Program-made: the position numbers and the translations under genes | Shown here: one piece after another, positions 41,601-56,600 of the stretch | Layout: each line of letters begins with the position of its first letter | Position numbering within the stretch: position 1 is the stretch's first letter | Notes under the pieces: model-generated | The model's input: the letters and a program-made list of their open reading frames with translations, nothing else | Database searches by the model: none | Told to the model about the DNA's origin: nothing | Assembly: GCF_030144855.1 (NCBI RefSeq) | Contig: NC_082713.1 | Span: 76,074,001-76,138,000 of the forward strand | From: Hypanus sabinus | Taxonomy: Eukaryota | DNA: 64,000 nt | Direction of reading: 5' to 3'

Positions 41601-44600
41601 GTCCTATCACAAGCTACTAAAGAAGATGGGTTTCTTTGCTTTGAAGAAGAATTAGAAATGGACTGATTGAAGCATGTAAGATCTTCAAAGGGCTTATCAA
41701 AGTGAATGGTGAGATGCTTCTTCTATTAGGAGAGCCTTGAACAATGGGACATATTACAAGATACAGATAGTAACTATAAAGTGAGGTGGTAAATCTCTGC
41801 CACTCTATGGGAAATCTCTGCATTCTCTGCTGTGGAGATTGGATCTCTGGATGTGCCTAAAGAGGTCATAAAGTTTTGAACAATCAGGGGATTGAGAGCT
41901 ACGGGGAACTAACGCAGAAGAGGACACCATGGGAGCATTGTGGTTAGTGTGACACTATTACAGCTCGGGGTGCCAGAATTTGAAGTTCACTTCTGGAGTT
42001 CTCTGTAAGGAGTCTTACCTTCTCCACAGGGAATATGTGGCTTTTCCACAGGTTCTCTGGTTTCTTTCCACAATCCAAAGACATACCAGTAATTGGTCAT
42101 TGCAAATTATTCCGTGATTCGGTTAGGGTTAAATCGAGGGCTGTGGTTGTAGGTGGCATGGTTCAAAGGACCAGAAAGCCATATTCTGCTCTGTATCTCT
42201 ATATAAATAAAGGAGATGAGGATTGGGGCAGATCAGCCATGTCATATGGAATGGTAAATGAAGGCATGAGGTCTCAAAGGCCCACTTCCTGCTCTATTTT
42301 CTGTTCTTTTTGTGAACTTTTCAAATTATCCACATTACTTCATCTTCTTTTCTGTCATACATTTACAAAGCTGTAGTGTTGAAGACATTCCCCCAGAAAG
42401 TTGCTTGTCCCTGTGATTAAGTTCTTCCAGTTTTTCACAGGATAGGAATCTTCCTGCCAATGTTGGATAATTGCCCAGGAATGTTCTGTTCACAATGTGG
42501 CTTTTATAACCCAGTCAATATACTGTCAAACACCAAGAAAGTAATGTCAATTGTTAAGTCAATTTGATAGCAGTGCAAGTTGGATGTGAAGTTGATAAAA
42601 TTGATGAGCTCAGTATGGGTGCAGGAAGCAGTCATTAATGAGGCAGAGAAAGAAGTTGAGGAACATCACTAGTGTGGGATTGTTCCCCTTCACCACTGAA
42701 AAGGCAGGGATAACTGGGTCCATGCCAATGCTCAAGACTATATCTTGAGTCTGGAGAAAGTGGGATGGAGCTGAATTCAAGGAGGAAAACCATACGCTCT
42801 TAGGAAAGATGTATGAACTCCGTGGGCAAATGCAACTAGTTTGGATGTACAACTTTGACAGCACGGATGAGCTGGGTGTTGGACCTGTTTCCGTGCTGTA
42901 TAAATCCCTGACTCTTTGACAATGATGAGGCTGACAGTACACTGTGATTCCTCCTCTCAGTGAATGGAGCAATCTTACCACATCATTCAGAACTGAGACG
43001 GGCATATGAAGCATAAGCATTGGTTACTGGACCATGAAGGAAATGTTTCACACAGAGTGCAAATGTGTTCTTCTAGAAGCAAATGAGGAGACAATCTTAT
43101 TAGGAACAGGCTCTCACCAGGAACACAATAATAGGGTAGGCAAATAAACAGTTCCTGGGTTTTAAGCATTGCTTTGTGCCAGCTATATTTGCCACCACTT
43201 CTTCCATCACCACCTCCACAATGTGCCTCACAGGGTAAAACTGGCTTGCTCTCTCCTCCTAAAGGTAACAAGGGTACTGGACTCACTCCTGGATAATGCT
43301 GGCACTTTACCACACCGCAGGTGCCCAAAGATCTCCCCAGCTCCAGCTCAGACAACGTGGGCACGTCCCACCAACTATGCAGGAGGTAATGCGCATTTGC
43401 CAGTTTAGGAGCCCCTCTCTAGGTCACCAAGAGGCCAAAAAAACAAACGGATGGAAGAAGTCAGTGACAAACAAGAGAAGATCTGCAGATGCTGGAAATC
43501 CAAGCACACACCAAAATGCTGGAGGAACTCAGCAGGCTAGGCAGCATCTATGGGTAAAAGTACAGTCGATATTTCAGGCATGGAGGCAAAAGCACTGTCA
43601 GTTTTTTGGGTCAAGAACCTGAGAGAGGCCTGCACTGTCAGAGCAGCAGCAGCGAAGGAGAGCTGCGTAGCAAGAGGTATATTGCTGAGTACTGTACTGT
43701 TAGAGACTGATACTGATGGAGCATTGCACTGTAGGAAGAACAGTGCTGAGGAATGTTGTAGTATCAGAGGGACACCTTTTTGTGGAGGTACAGGAGATGA
43801 GTGAAGTCCTGAATGAATACTTCTGTTTTCAACATAGATAAGGGCATAAAGACTTCAGAACTATCAGGACACTGGAGCAGGGATCCAATCGCAGACCCAG
43901 TACTGTACACTCAGTGATATTAATTGAGTAACTAATCCGAGGTGCAAACAAAGTCAATGGCAAAGTTCAGGCAGAGATCAAAACATCCAAAGAAATTCAA
44001 AAACCAGAATCAGGAAACAGACAGAGTCAATATTCAGACAGACAGAGTACAGATACAAATGTTGGAAAGACTCAGGAAAATTCACTGGCACAGTCTGGCA
44101 ACAAACAGGTGAAAACCCAGGACTGAAATACACTGAGCAGTAAACAGAGAGGCAGATGATAGGTGGACCACAATGAGACATGGGTGGCAGCAATACAGAT
44201 AATAATGAAAAGCAGATGAGAGATGGAGTACTCAGTGATACAGGGGCCAGAGTAGAGCAGGAGTGGGGACAGGAGCATGTGGAGCATGAAAACAAACAAG
44301 ACCACATGGCCATACAAAAACACAGACTGACGGCTGCGGGGAAAACACACAAAAAGATAAAGTTCAAATGGAGGTACTGACAAGAACTTGAAATAGTTCA
44401 TGGGGTTGCCTTGTAGGATAGTCTTCTTACAGCTGAGGAGGTACTTGATATCCAAAACGTATGATGTATCTCCAGGGCCTGATCAGCTGTATCTAAGATC
44501 ACTTTGGAAAGCAAGAGAAGTAATTGCAGATCCCTGATCAGGGTGAAGTGCAGGAAGATTGGAGGGTGGCCAATGTTATTTAAGAAGATTGCAAGGAAAA

Positions 44601-47600
44601 CCCTGGAAATTATGGATCAGTAAGTCACCCAGACCAGGTGTCCCAAGTGTTCTGAAAGAGGTGACTGAAGAGATTGTGGAGGCATTAGGAATGGTCTTTC
44701 AAAATTCATTTAATTCTGGCATGGTTCTGGAGGAATGGAAAATTGCAAGTAACACTCCACTGTTCAAGAAGGGAGAGAGGCAGAAGAAAGGAAATCATAG
44801 GGCAGTTAGTACTGACCTCAGCGATTGGAAAGATGTTGGAGTCGATTATTAAGAATGTGGTTTCGGGGTTCTTGGAAGCACATGAGGCCATAGTCATCAT
44901 GGTTTGCTTGAGGGAACTCCTGCCTAATAAGTCTTTTGGAATTCTTTGAAGAAATAACAGGTAGGATAGGCAAAGCAGAATCGAAGGATGTTGTTTATTT
45001 GTATTTTCAGAAGGCCTTTGATAAGGTTTCATTCATGAGCTGTTTAGCAAATTAAGAGCCGTGGTATTACAGAAAAGGTACTAACATGGATAAAGCAGGG
45101 GCTTATTGGCAGGAGGCAAAGACTGGGAATAAAGGAGCCTTTTCTGGTTGGGTGCCTATGACTAGTGGTGTTCCACAGGGGTCTGTGTTGAGACCACTTC
45201 TTTCTATGTTCTATGTCAATGACTTGGATGACAGAGTTGATGACTTTGTGACCAAGTTTGCACATGACATAAAAATAGGGGGAGGGGCAGGCAGCATTGA
45301 GGAAGTAGTGAAGCTACAGAAGAACTTAGACAGATTATGAGAATGGGCAAAGAAGTGGCCGATGGAATACAGTGTGGGAAGTGTATGGTCATGCACATTG
45401 GTAGAAGGAAAAAAAGATAGACTATTTTCTAAATGGAGAGAAATTTGAAAACATTGAGATGCAAAGGGACTAAGGTGTCCTTGTGTAGGATTCCTTAAAG
45501 GTTAATTTGCAGTTAAGAAGGCAAATGTAATGTCATTTCGATAAGATTAGAATTTGAAAACAAGGATGTAATGTAAAGGCTTCAAAAAGCATTGGAGTCA
45601 TGGTGAGGCCTCACTTGGTGTTTTGTGAACAGTTTTGGACCTATTATGTTAGAAAGGATATGGTGACATTGGAGAGGGTTCAAAGGATGTTCACAAAAAT
45701 GGTTCCACGATTGAAAGGCTTGTTATATGAGGAACATTTGATGGCTCTGAGCCTGTAGTCACTGGAATTTAGAAGAATGAGGGGTAACCTAACTGAAACT
45801 TATCGAATGTTCCTGTGGTGGGGGAATCTAAGACCAGAGGACAAAAAATAGAGAGCCTCAAACTGCCTCAGAATAGAGAGGTCCTTTTAGAATGAAGATG
45901 AGGAGAAATTTCTTTAGCCAGAGAGTGGTGAATCTGTGGAATTTATTGCCTCAGGCAATTGTGGAGGCCAAGTCATCGGGTATATTTAAAGTAGAGGCTG
46001 ATAGATTCTCAATTGGTCAAGGTATGAAAGGATATGGGGAGAAGGCAGGAGATGGGGGCTGAAAATCAAAATGAATCAGCCATGATGAAATTGTGGAGCA
46101 GACTCAATGGGCCAAATGGCCTAACTTTGCTTCTATATCTTATGGTCTTTTGGTAAGCCTAAAATCTTTGACAAGAAGTTTACTAGAGAGATTCTGAGAG
46201 CATTCTAGCCATTTTTTTTACAAGAGCACTATTGATAGTGTGCTGATCAAAGGTCAGGGTCAGGAATAGCAAGGCATCTGATCGCAAGACCCTACAAAGG
46301 ATTGTGAGGATCATCAGGGTCTCTCTTCCATGCAGGGTCATTACAATTGCCAAGGATCCTCTCATCCATCCCTCAATCTCTTTGACCCCCAGCATCAGGC
46401 AGGAGGTACCATGACACAAGGACTGAAGATGGGGAACAGCTTCTTCCCTTGGCCTTGAGTCTACTGAACTGCTTGCCACGTCTCATCACCTATGAAGCAT
46501 CAGCAGCATCACACTATTTACTTTTTGACATGCATCATAAATTAACCTTATTCAAAATGTCAATTTCCTGGAATTTATGCTATTATTTGTTAATTTATTT
46601 GTGATAATTTTTCTTTATGTATTCTGTGTGAGTTATATGTGGACCTTGGTCAGGAGGAAGTGTTTTATTTGGCGGTATATACTTATGACAATAAACTTGA
46701 ATTTGAACTTGAAGGGTGGGGCTCTGGGGGAGTGCAAGAACATGATTCCTGAAAGTGACAGTGCAGGCAGTCAGGATAATGAAGCAGGGTTTTGGCGTGC
46801 TGGCTTTCATCAGTCAGTGCACTGAGTACAAATGTTGGGAGGAAGTTGTGTACAAATCATGGAGAGGCTGCAATTGAAATATTGTGTTCTGTTTTGAATA
46901 CCCTGCTCTAGGAAAGTTGCCTTTAAGCCAGAAAGGATGTGAGAGAGATCTGTAAGTTTGTTGCCAGGACTGAGTTAAGGAGAGAGAGTAAGCAAACTGG
47001 ACTTTTTCACTGAGCTGGAGGGGTGAGCTTATAGAGGTGTATAAAATCATGAGGGGCATAGTCTTATGCACAGTCGTTTCCCCAGAGATTATTAAATCAA
47101 GAACTAGAAGGCCTAGGTTTAAGGTACAAGGGGAAAGATTTAATTGGGACCTGAGGAGCTATGTGTTCAGCCAGAGGGCAGTCAATATGTGGAGTGAGCT
47201 GTCAGGAAGTCGTTGAGCAGGTACATTACAGATATTTAAAACAATACGTGGAGAGGAGAGTTTTAGAGTGATATTGACCAAATGTGGGGTAAAGGAGAGC
47301 CTTGGTTAGCACATATGATTTAGGCTTAAGGGTCTGCGTCTATGATGTACGTCTTTATGACTATCTGGGTGTTGTACTGTCTTTATGACTATCTGGGTGT
47401 TTACTGGGCGGTAAAGAGGGAGCGCTGCACTGTGAAAGGACACCGCCAAATGTGATCCCTTAAACTGTGACTGAGTGAAACAATCAGCATTGGTGATATA
47501 ACAAATAATATGAGATAGTCTGAGTAGGGCTGAGATCTTTTTTTTTGCTTACTTTTGATCTCACTCTGCCTGGTGTGTACATTTACATGGTTCTATTCCC

Positions 47601-50600
47601 CTCAGAGAGCCCTGCCCAGCTCCCACTAATAAAGAAAATACTGATGATTTGCAAGGTAATATGGTTTTGACATTAACTGGGAGATAACTACCTGATCAGA
47701 ATATCTCTTTTTTGCATGCTGGCAAAGCCAGTGTTTATGGCCCAGCTGTATTTGAGCTGTCACGAGTTGGTTAAGAGTTATACTGTTTTTCTTTCCTTAA
47801 GCAATGTGTCAATTTAAGTCCTACTTGCACCATCCAAGTTTTAATATTAAAACAACAGTACATTTGAGCTGTCACTTCCCACATCCATTAACCTTGAATC
47901 CTGAGTTTGAATGCTGTCTATGTGGAGTCTGCAAACTATGTGACTATGTGAGTATCCTTTGACTTCCCCCCCCAAACACACAACCCCCACCCCCCCCCAG
48001 CACGTTCCAAAGACATGTGAGGTGGTAAATTAAATGGCCACTATAAAACTGCCCATTATGTTGATGAGAAGGCTAATGTGGCAGGAGATTCGGGAACTTG
48101 GGAGAGTAAAATGGGACTGTTGTAAATGGATGCTTCTTGAACAGTGTGGGCTGGATGGGTCAAGAGCCTGTTTCTTTGTTGTATAATTCTGTGACATGAG
48201 GTGAAGATCATAGGAGCAGAATTAGTCCACCTGGCCCAAGAAGCATGCTCTGCTGCTCCATCATGGCTGATTTATTATTGCTCTCAACCTCATTTTCTGC
48301 CTTCTTCCCAAAACCTTTAATGTCCTGACTAACCAAGAATCTATCAACCTCTGTTTTAAATATACTCAATGATTTGGCCTCCACAGCCGTCTGTGGCAAT
48401 GAATTACCAGATTCACCACATCTCTGGCTAAGGAAATTCCTCCTCATCTCCATGCTAACTAGACATCCCTCTATTCTGAGGCTGTATCCTCTGGTCTTAG
48501 ACGTACACACTATCGGAAACATCTTCTCCACATCCACTCTACCTTGGCCTTTCAATAGGTTTCAATGAGCTCTCTCCTCATTCTTCTAAACTCCATCAAA
48601 CACTCCTTAGATATTAACCTTTTCATTCCATAATCATTCTCGTGAACCTCCCCTGGACCTTCTTCAATGCCAGCACAACTGTTCATAGATAAGCAGCCTA
48701 AAGCTGCTCACAATACTTCAAGTTTGGTCTGAGCAGCGCCCGGTAAACCATCAGCATAACATCCTTCCTATAATCTAGTCCTCTCAAAATGAATGCTAGC
48801 ATTGCATTTGACTTCCTTACCATTGACTCAACCTACAAGTTAACATTTATAGAATCCTGCACCAGGACTCTCAAATCCTTTTGCACCTCAGAATTCTTGA
48901 ATTTTCTCCCCATTTAGAAAATAGTCTCTGCCTTGATTCCTCTACAGAAGTTCATGAACATACACTTCTCTACCATATTCCATCTGCCACTTTGCCCCTT
49001 CTCCCAGTCTGTCCAAATCCTTCTTCAGACCCTCTGCTTCCTCAACACTACCTGTCCTTCCACCTATATTAGTATTGTCTACAAACTTGGCCACAAAGCT
49101 ATCAATTCTATCATCCAAATCATTGACATATAAGGTGAAAAAAAGAGGTCTCAACAACAACCCATGTGGAATATCTCTAGTCACTGGCAGCCAACCAAAT
49201 TAGGCCCCCTTTATTTCAACTTTTTGCCTGCTGCCAGTCAGCCAGTCTTCTATCCATATTAGTACCTTTTCTGTAATACCATGGACTCTTCTTGTTAAGC
49301 AGTCTCATGTGCGGCACCTTGTCAAAGGCCTTCTGAAAAGCTAAGTACATAACATCCACTAATTCTTTGTCTAACATGCTTATTATTTCCTCAAAGAATT
49401 CCAAAATGTTTCTCAGGCAAGATTTCCCCTTAAGGAAACAATGTTGCCTTTGGCTTACTTTATGTCTACCACTGAAGTCATGTACCCTGAAACCTCATTC
49501 TTAATAATGGACTCCAACATCTTCCCAGCCGCTGAAGTCAGACTAACTGGCTTATAATTTCCTTTCTTCTGCCTCCACCCCTTCCTAAAGGGTGAAGACA
49601 CATGTGCAAATTCCCAGTCCTCCTGAACCAATCAAGAATCTACTGATTCTTGAAAGGTCATTACTAATGCTCCACAATCTTTTCAGCTACCTCATGCAAC
49701 AGAGTGGGAGGGATTAGAGGGAGTGGGGTGGCATCTTTGGTCTGGGAAAATGCCACAACAGTGCTCAGTCAGGACAGACTGGGGGGCTCATCTAGTGAGG
49801 CTTCATGGGTGGAACTGAATAATAAGAAAAGTATAGCCACATTAACAGGACTATATTATAGACAACCCAACAGCCCACGGGATTTAGAGCAACAAATTTG
49901 TAGAGAGATCACCTATGTTCCCTCTAAGCTGTGCATGTGTGCGCGTGCACACGTTTTTCAACCAGCGCACAAAAGAAATTAATGTGTGCACAAAAGGTTA
50001 GTTACCTAAAATAATGTAGTAATTAATAATTACACTTATTGAAAATAATCTTTTAATGTTTCTATTAACTAGTTAGTTGGTTTTTCAAATACCACAATGC
50101 ACGTCACTAATTTACGTCACCTCACCTTTCCTGTTCCGGTTTGTACAGCTGCATCGTGGTGGCAGCCATCTTTGGCAGACAGTGCTCATATCGTAAAGTT
50201 TACAAAGATCTGTTACAAATCCTGTAGATAACTTACTAAGTTTTTATTGAAAAAATATTGACTCGCTATGTTGAATTCAAAAGAAGCAAAGGGTGTGAAG
50301 CGCAAAAGAACTGCAAATCTGTTTAAAGTTGAATGGCTTAAAATAGTAGTAACTGCTACACTGAAAGCTCATAGGTTTTGAATATTCAGCTACGAGAAAT
50401 ATTTATGTATGATTCGAAAACTGGAGTTATCTGTTTGTATTGTCGTAATGCGAAAGTTGCTGGGGAATTTGCTAGTGGAAAGAAGTGGGATGATATTTGG
50501 AAACTTGGCTTTTTGAAGCACCATTTGGCAGGTAAATCGCATTTGGACGGTCAGGCAACGGAACCTGTCAATACCCGTTACAGGAGTGCTATACATGTTA

Positions 50601-53600
50601 TGGTTGAGTGCAGATGAGCAAGAGTGAAAACGATCAAGCCCAGAGGAGATCAAAGAATGGATAAAAGCCAAAGACAGGAGAGAGAAAAAAAACTGTGACT
50701 TTAATATGTCTGTTATTTTGTTGTTATTCTGTGCAATTTTATGTCAAGTATTTTGTAAACCTACATAAACGGTGCCATGTGTGCATTCAGTGCGCACATA
50801 CTTCTGTCACAGGAAAAAAATTGCACAACATAAGATTTTTGTGCACATTGACTACTAAAATTTCGAGGGAACATTGGAGATCACAGACTGTGCAAGAAAC
50901 ATAAGGCTGTTATAGCAGGTGATTTTAACTTTCCACACACTAACTGGGACTCCCATACTGTAAAAGAAATAGGTAGGATAGAGTCTGTCAAATGTGTTCA
51001 AGGAAGTTTCCTTAATCAGTACATAGAAGTCCCGACAAGACAGTGTGCGATACTTGATCTGCTAACACGGAATGAGGCAGAGCAGATGACAGAAGTTTGA
51101 GTAGTGGAACACTTTGCATCTACTGACCACAATGCCATTTGTTTCAAAGTATATATGGAAAAAGTCAGGTCTGGCTCATGGGTTGACCAAGCTTACAGAG
51201 TTTCTCAAGTAAGTTACCTGGAAAGTTGAAGGCTAGACAGTGGATGTTCTGTACATGGACTTTTGACAAGGTCCCGCATGGGAGGTTGCTCAAGAAGGTT
51301 CAGATGCTTGGCATTCTAGATGAGGTAGTAAATTGGTTAAGACTTTAGCTTCGTGGGAAATTCCAGAGAGTGGTACTAGATGGTTGCCTCTCTGACTGGA
51401 GGCCTATAACAAGTGGAGTGCCGCAGAGATCATTGCTGGTTCCATCATTATTTGTCACCTTGTTCACTCATCATGATGATAATGTTCTTAACTGGATCAG
51501 CACATTTGCTGATGACACCAAAATTGGGAATGTAGTGAACAGTGAGAAAGATTATCAGAGCTTGCAGTAGGATCTGGACCTGCTGGAAAAGTGGCAGATG
51601 GAGGTTAATGCAGACAAGTCCAAGGTGTTGCACTTTGATGGGACTGACCAGGGTATATCTTACACAGTGAATGGTGGGACACTGAGGAGTGCCGTAGAAT
51701 AAAGGAAGCTGGGAATACACGTCCATAGTTCATTGAAAGTGGTAACACAGGTAGATAGGGTCATAAAGAAAGCTTTTGGCATATTGGGTTCATAAATCAA
51801 AGTACTGAGTACAGGGAATGGGATGTTATGTTGAAGTTGTATAAGACATAGGTGGGGTCTAATTTGGAGTAATGTGTGCACTTTTGGTCACCAACCTAGA
51901 AGAAAGATGCAAATAAGGTTGTGGAAGTACAGAGAAAATTTACAAGAATGTTGCCAGCACTGGAGGGTCTGAGTTATAAGGCAAGCTTGACTTTATTCCT
52001 TGGAACGGAGAAGATTGACAGGAAATTTGATAGAGGTATACAAAATTATGAGGGGTATATATAGATAGGTGTAACACAAGCAGGCTTTTTCCACTGAGGT
52101 TGGGTGGGACTACAACTAGGGGTCATGGGTTAAGGGTGAAAGGTGAAAAGTTTAAGGGGAACATGAGAAGAAACCTCCTAACTCAGAGGATCATGAGAGT
52201 GTGAAGAACAAGCTGCCAGCACAAGTGGTGCACGCAGGCTCGATTTCAACGCTTAAGAAAAGTTTGGATAGGTACGTGGATGGTAGGGGTATGAAGGGCT
52301 ATAGTCTGGGAGAAGCAATGGTAGTAGGCAACTTAAGTGGCTTGGCATGGACTATGTGAGCCTTTCTTAAAGAATGGGACATTATTAACTGTCCTACAAA
52401 ACTCAGAGAGTGGTAGACTGGTAGCTGTGTGGAATGAGCTTCCAGTAGAAGTGGTAGAGGCAGGTTTGATTTTGTTATTAAAAAAAATTGGATATGTATA
52501 TGGACACGAAAGGAATGGAGGGTTATGGGCTGAGTACAGGTAGGTGGGACTAGGTGAGAGTAAGCATTTGAAACGGACTAGAAGGGCCGCGATGGCCTGT
52601 TTCCTTGCTGTAATTGTTATATGGTTATAAAACTTCACTTTTGATGGCCTCCCACTTACTATATAAACTTTGCCAGAGAACAGCCTGTCCCAATCTGCAC
52701 TTGCCAAATCAATTCTAATACTATTGCAATTGGCCTTTCTCCAATTTAGAATCTCAACCCACGCACCAGACCTGTCTTTTTCCGTACAGTATTTACTGTG
52801 AAATTAATGGCATTATGATCACTAGGTTCAAGTGTTCCCATACATAAACTTTTGTCACCTGCCCTGTCTCATTCCCTAAAAGCAGATCAAGTATTGCACA
52901 CTCTATCATTGGGACTTTGATGTACTGATTAAGGACCTTTGAACCTTGGAGGACAGAATGTTCTGCCTCAGAGGCAAGGTTGGAGGAAATTGTGAAAATC
53001 CAGCATAGATGAGAGTTGAGATCAAAGGGGGAAAGAAGGCTAGAAGGTAGTGTTTGAGGAAAGGGGAGTGTTGGAGTGTTCAGGGAAGGTGGGCTGGGAG
53101 GAAGATGGAGGCTCCGGAAACCCAAGAACTGAAGGTGGGGCCTGAGAGACAAGGTGCAGCGTGGTGATAGGGTAAGGCAAGACAGGGGGTTCCAGCAGTG
53201 ATGCACCATCAATAACTCTCTGTGACGTGAGGCGAGATATCGGCTTTTATTGACTGGACAAAGGAACAAGCAGTGGTTGACCACCATGCTACATCCTGGA
53301 GACTGAGGGCAGGGCTCCGGCCTCAATCGCCTTTATGCCAGGGTCCGTGGGAGGAGCCTCGGTCAGTGGGAGGAGCCACAGGAGCAGTCAGCGGTGGCGG
53401 GGGGGGGGGGGGGCGTGTCCAGACAGGTATATGTCGTTCACCACAAGCGACACAGCATAAAGTCCTGGCCAGGGCATGTTGCTGGTCAAGGTCTAGGTTG
53501 GAGTCAGAGTTAGAAGTTGCTCAAAAGGCAGTCTGAAGTTGTCTGGGGTAGTTGGAGTGGAACTGGGGTTCTGAATTCGCTCGGGATCACTGGAGCCGGT

Positions 53601-56600
53601 GTTGTTGATGTCATCAGTACGGAGACGTCCAGAGTCATCCGGGCTAGGGATCGATTTGAGGAGATTTGTAATCTGGGAGCATCCATTTGTATGAAAGTCA
53701 GCAGCAGGGATTATGGTCTGGGAGCATCCATGGCCGCTGGCTTTGGAGATAGCGGGTTCTGTGGTCTGCTGACGGGCAATCTTTCAATCCTTGCTGGACG
53801 CGAGAAAGCTGAAGAAATGGCAATTGAAATCACAGAAATGGTGGAGGATAAAGGATCTGATAAGTCCATTGCAGGTGGAGGAGAGAGAATCCAGGTGCTG
53901 TGGAAGCGACTGGGACCTCGCGGCAGAAAGTGTGGCATGTAGAATGCAGCAGGAAAAGTAATCAATTGAATGTGAGTACATGCGGTCTGCAGTGGCTCTG
54001 AATTGAGTCCCTGAAAATGGATTTGGAAGCCAGGTCATACAAGATGGTGGCGAGGACATGTTCCCAGGAAGGGTACGTGGCTGCAGTCATGGGTCTGGGT
54101 AAGTACATGATCAAAGAATCAAAGGGTAACAGAGATCACAGAGGGGAAGCAGTGAGAGGGGTTTCACTAACCTCCTATCAAAGGGAAGATTTAAACTTCT
54201 TCAGGGCAGGCATCCCTTGAAGAGACTTCCCAGGAGGAGCAGTAGCATTGCAATCAAGAGAAAATCTGCAGGTACTGGAAATCCAATCAACACACACAGA
54301 ATGCTGGAGAAACTCAGCAGGCCAGGCAGCATCTGTGGAAAACAGCAAACATTCAACTTTTTGGGCCGAGACCTTTCAACAGGACTGGAAAGGAAAGGGA
54401 GAAGTCAGAATAACACTTCCTATTCTGGGGAGGGGAGGGGAGGAAGAAGCGCAAAGTGGTAGGTGACAAGTGAAACCAGGAGAGGGGAGGGGGGTAAAAT
54501 AAAGAACTGGGAAGTTGGTTGATGAATGAGATAAAGGACTGGAGAAGGAGGAATCTGGCAAGAGAGGACAGAAGAGTGTGGAAGAAAGGGAAGTAGGAGG
54601 AGCTCCAGAGGGAAGTGATGGACAGGTAAGGAGATAAGGAAATAGGAATGGAGAATGGTGAAGGGGTTAGGGGCAGTTACTGGAAGTTTAAGAAATAGAT
54701 GTTCATGCCATCAGTTGGAGGCTACCCAGACGGAATAGAAGGTGTTGCTTCTCCAACCAGGATGTGGCCTCATCATGGCAGAAGAGGAGGCCATGGACTG
54801 ACATGTCAGAATGGGAATGGGAAGTGGAATTGAAATGGGTGGCTAGTGGGAGATTCGGCTTTTTCTGGCGAGCAGAGTGTAGGTGCTCAGCGAAGCAGTC
54901 TCTTAATCTACTTCAGGTCTCGCTGATATTCAGGAGGCCACTCCGGGAGTACCAGGTACAGCAGATAACCCAACAGATTCACAGGTGAAGTGCCTGAATA
55001 CATGGGTTTTGGTGGGCCTGTGCTGGACTAAGCAGGGAATAGGCCTTGTTTGCTTGCATTTACCAGTGCCAAGCTGGTAACTCTGTGGTGCCCAGCTGGT
55101 GTGACGTCCACTACAACTGAACTCATTAGTTGCAATGTACAAGGTCTGGATGACGTTGGTGGTTGATGGAGATCAACTGAGCAGCTTCAGTAGTCCAAGA
55201 CAGAAGAGATTGCTGCAGATGTGCGATGCAGGCAGTGCATCACTACACAGGGCTGCCAATTCAAGTTCAGTCTGACCCATGGCGTTAGGATGCAAGGGGA
55301 CGCCAGCAAGGACCACAGCAGAACAAAATAGCTGAAGTTTCCGGGAGTAATTTGGAAGGCGCAGAATAGAAGTAGTATTCTACAGGGAGGATGATGCAAC
55401 TGTGGCTGACAAGGGACGTCAAAGACAAAAGAGAGGGCACGTAATAGATCAGAAATTAGTGGGAAGTTAGAGCAATGAAAACTTTAAAAAAGCAGAGGAA
55501 GGCAACTAAAAAGTCATAAAGAGGGTTAAGATGATATATGAAGGTAAACTAACCAATAGTATCAATGCACTTTGGTAGAAGGAATAAAGGGATAGATTAT
55601 TTTCTATATGGGGAGATAATCCAAAAATCTGAGGAGCAAAGGGACTTGGAAGCCATACAGGATTCCCTAACGGTTAACTTGCAGGTTGAATCGGTGGTGA
55701 GGAAGGCAAATGCGATTTCGAGAGGACTCGAATATAAAAGCAAGGATGTAATGTTGGATCTTTATACAGCCCTGGCGAGACCTCACTTGGAGTGTTTTGA
55801 GCAGTTTGAGGGACTTTATCTGAGAAAGGATCTGCTGACACTGGAGAGGGCTCAGAGGAGGTTCACGAGAATGATTCTGGGAATGAAAGGGTCATCATAC
55901 GAGCAGAGTTTGATGGCTCTTGTCCTGTACTCATCAGAATTTAGAAGAATGAGAGGGGATCTCACTGAAACCTATCAAATGTTAAAAGGCCTGGACAGAC
56001 TGGGTGTGGAGAGGATATTTCCTGTGGTGGGGGGAGTCTAGGACCAGAGGGCACAGCCTCAGAATAGATGGGTGTCTAGCCAGAGTGTGGTGAATCTGTG
56101 GAATTTATGGACCCAGGCAGCTTCAGAAGCCAAGTCTTTGGGTGTATCTAAGGTGGAGGCTGATAGGTTCTTGATGATTCAGGGCCCAGAAGGTTACGGG
56201 GAGATGGCAGGAGAATGGGGTTGAGAGAGAAATGGATCAGCTATGATGAAATGGAACAGCAGACTTGATGGGCCGAATGGCCTGATTCTGCTCCTGTGCC
56301 TTATGGTCTTCTGATCTTACGTATGACCAGGAATATCTCTGAAAATGCTGCACAGTCTGGGTGGAGGGAGAAAGAGAGAAGATTCTTTCTGGGGGTGCTT
56401 GCTTTCCTTGTGTGGACTATGTAATTCTGGTTGGCATACCATGAGCAGCAGTCAATTGCAATCCAAACCACTAGCCTTTTAGATATTATAGAAGTAAGAG
56501 ATATAGAGATAGTGTGGGAAACAAGTGCAGAGCTAATGATTAGCCATTGAGTGGTGAAACAGTCTTGAGGGGCTGAATGGCCTACCCCTTCAGCTACATG

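Noticed and set aside
43150-43440. Possible Tx1-like coding remnant or extra exon
   Set aside because: Too degenerate to assign; no clear splice sites or motifs.
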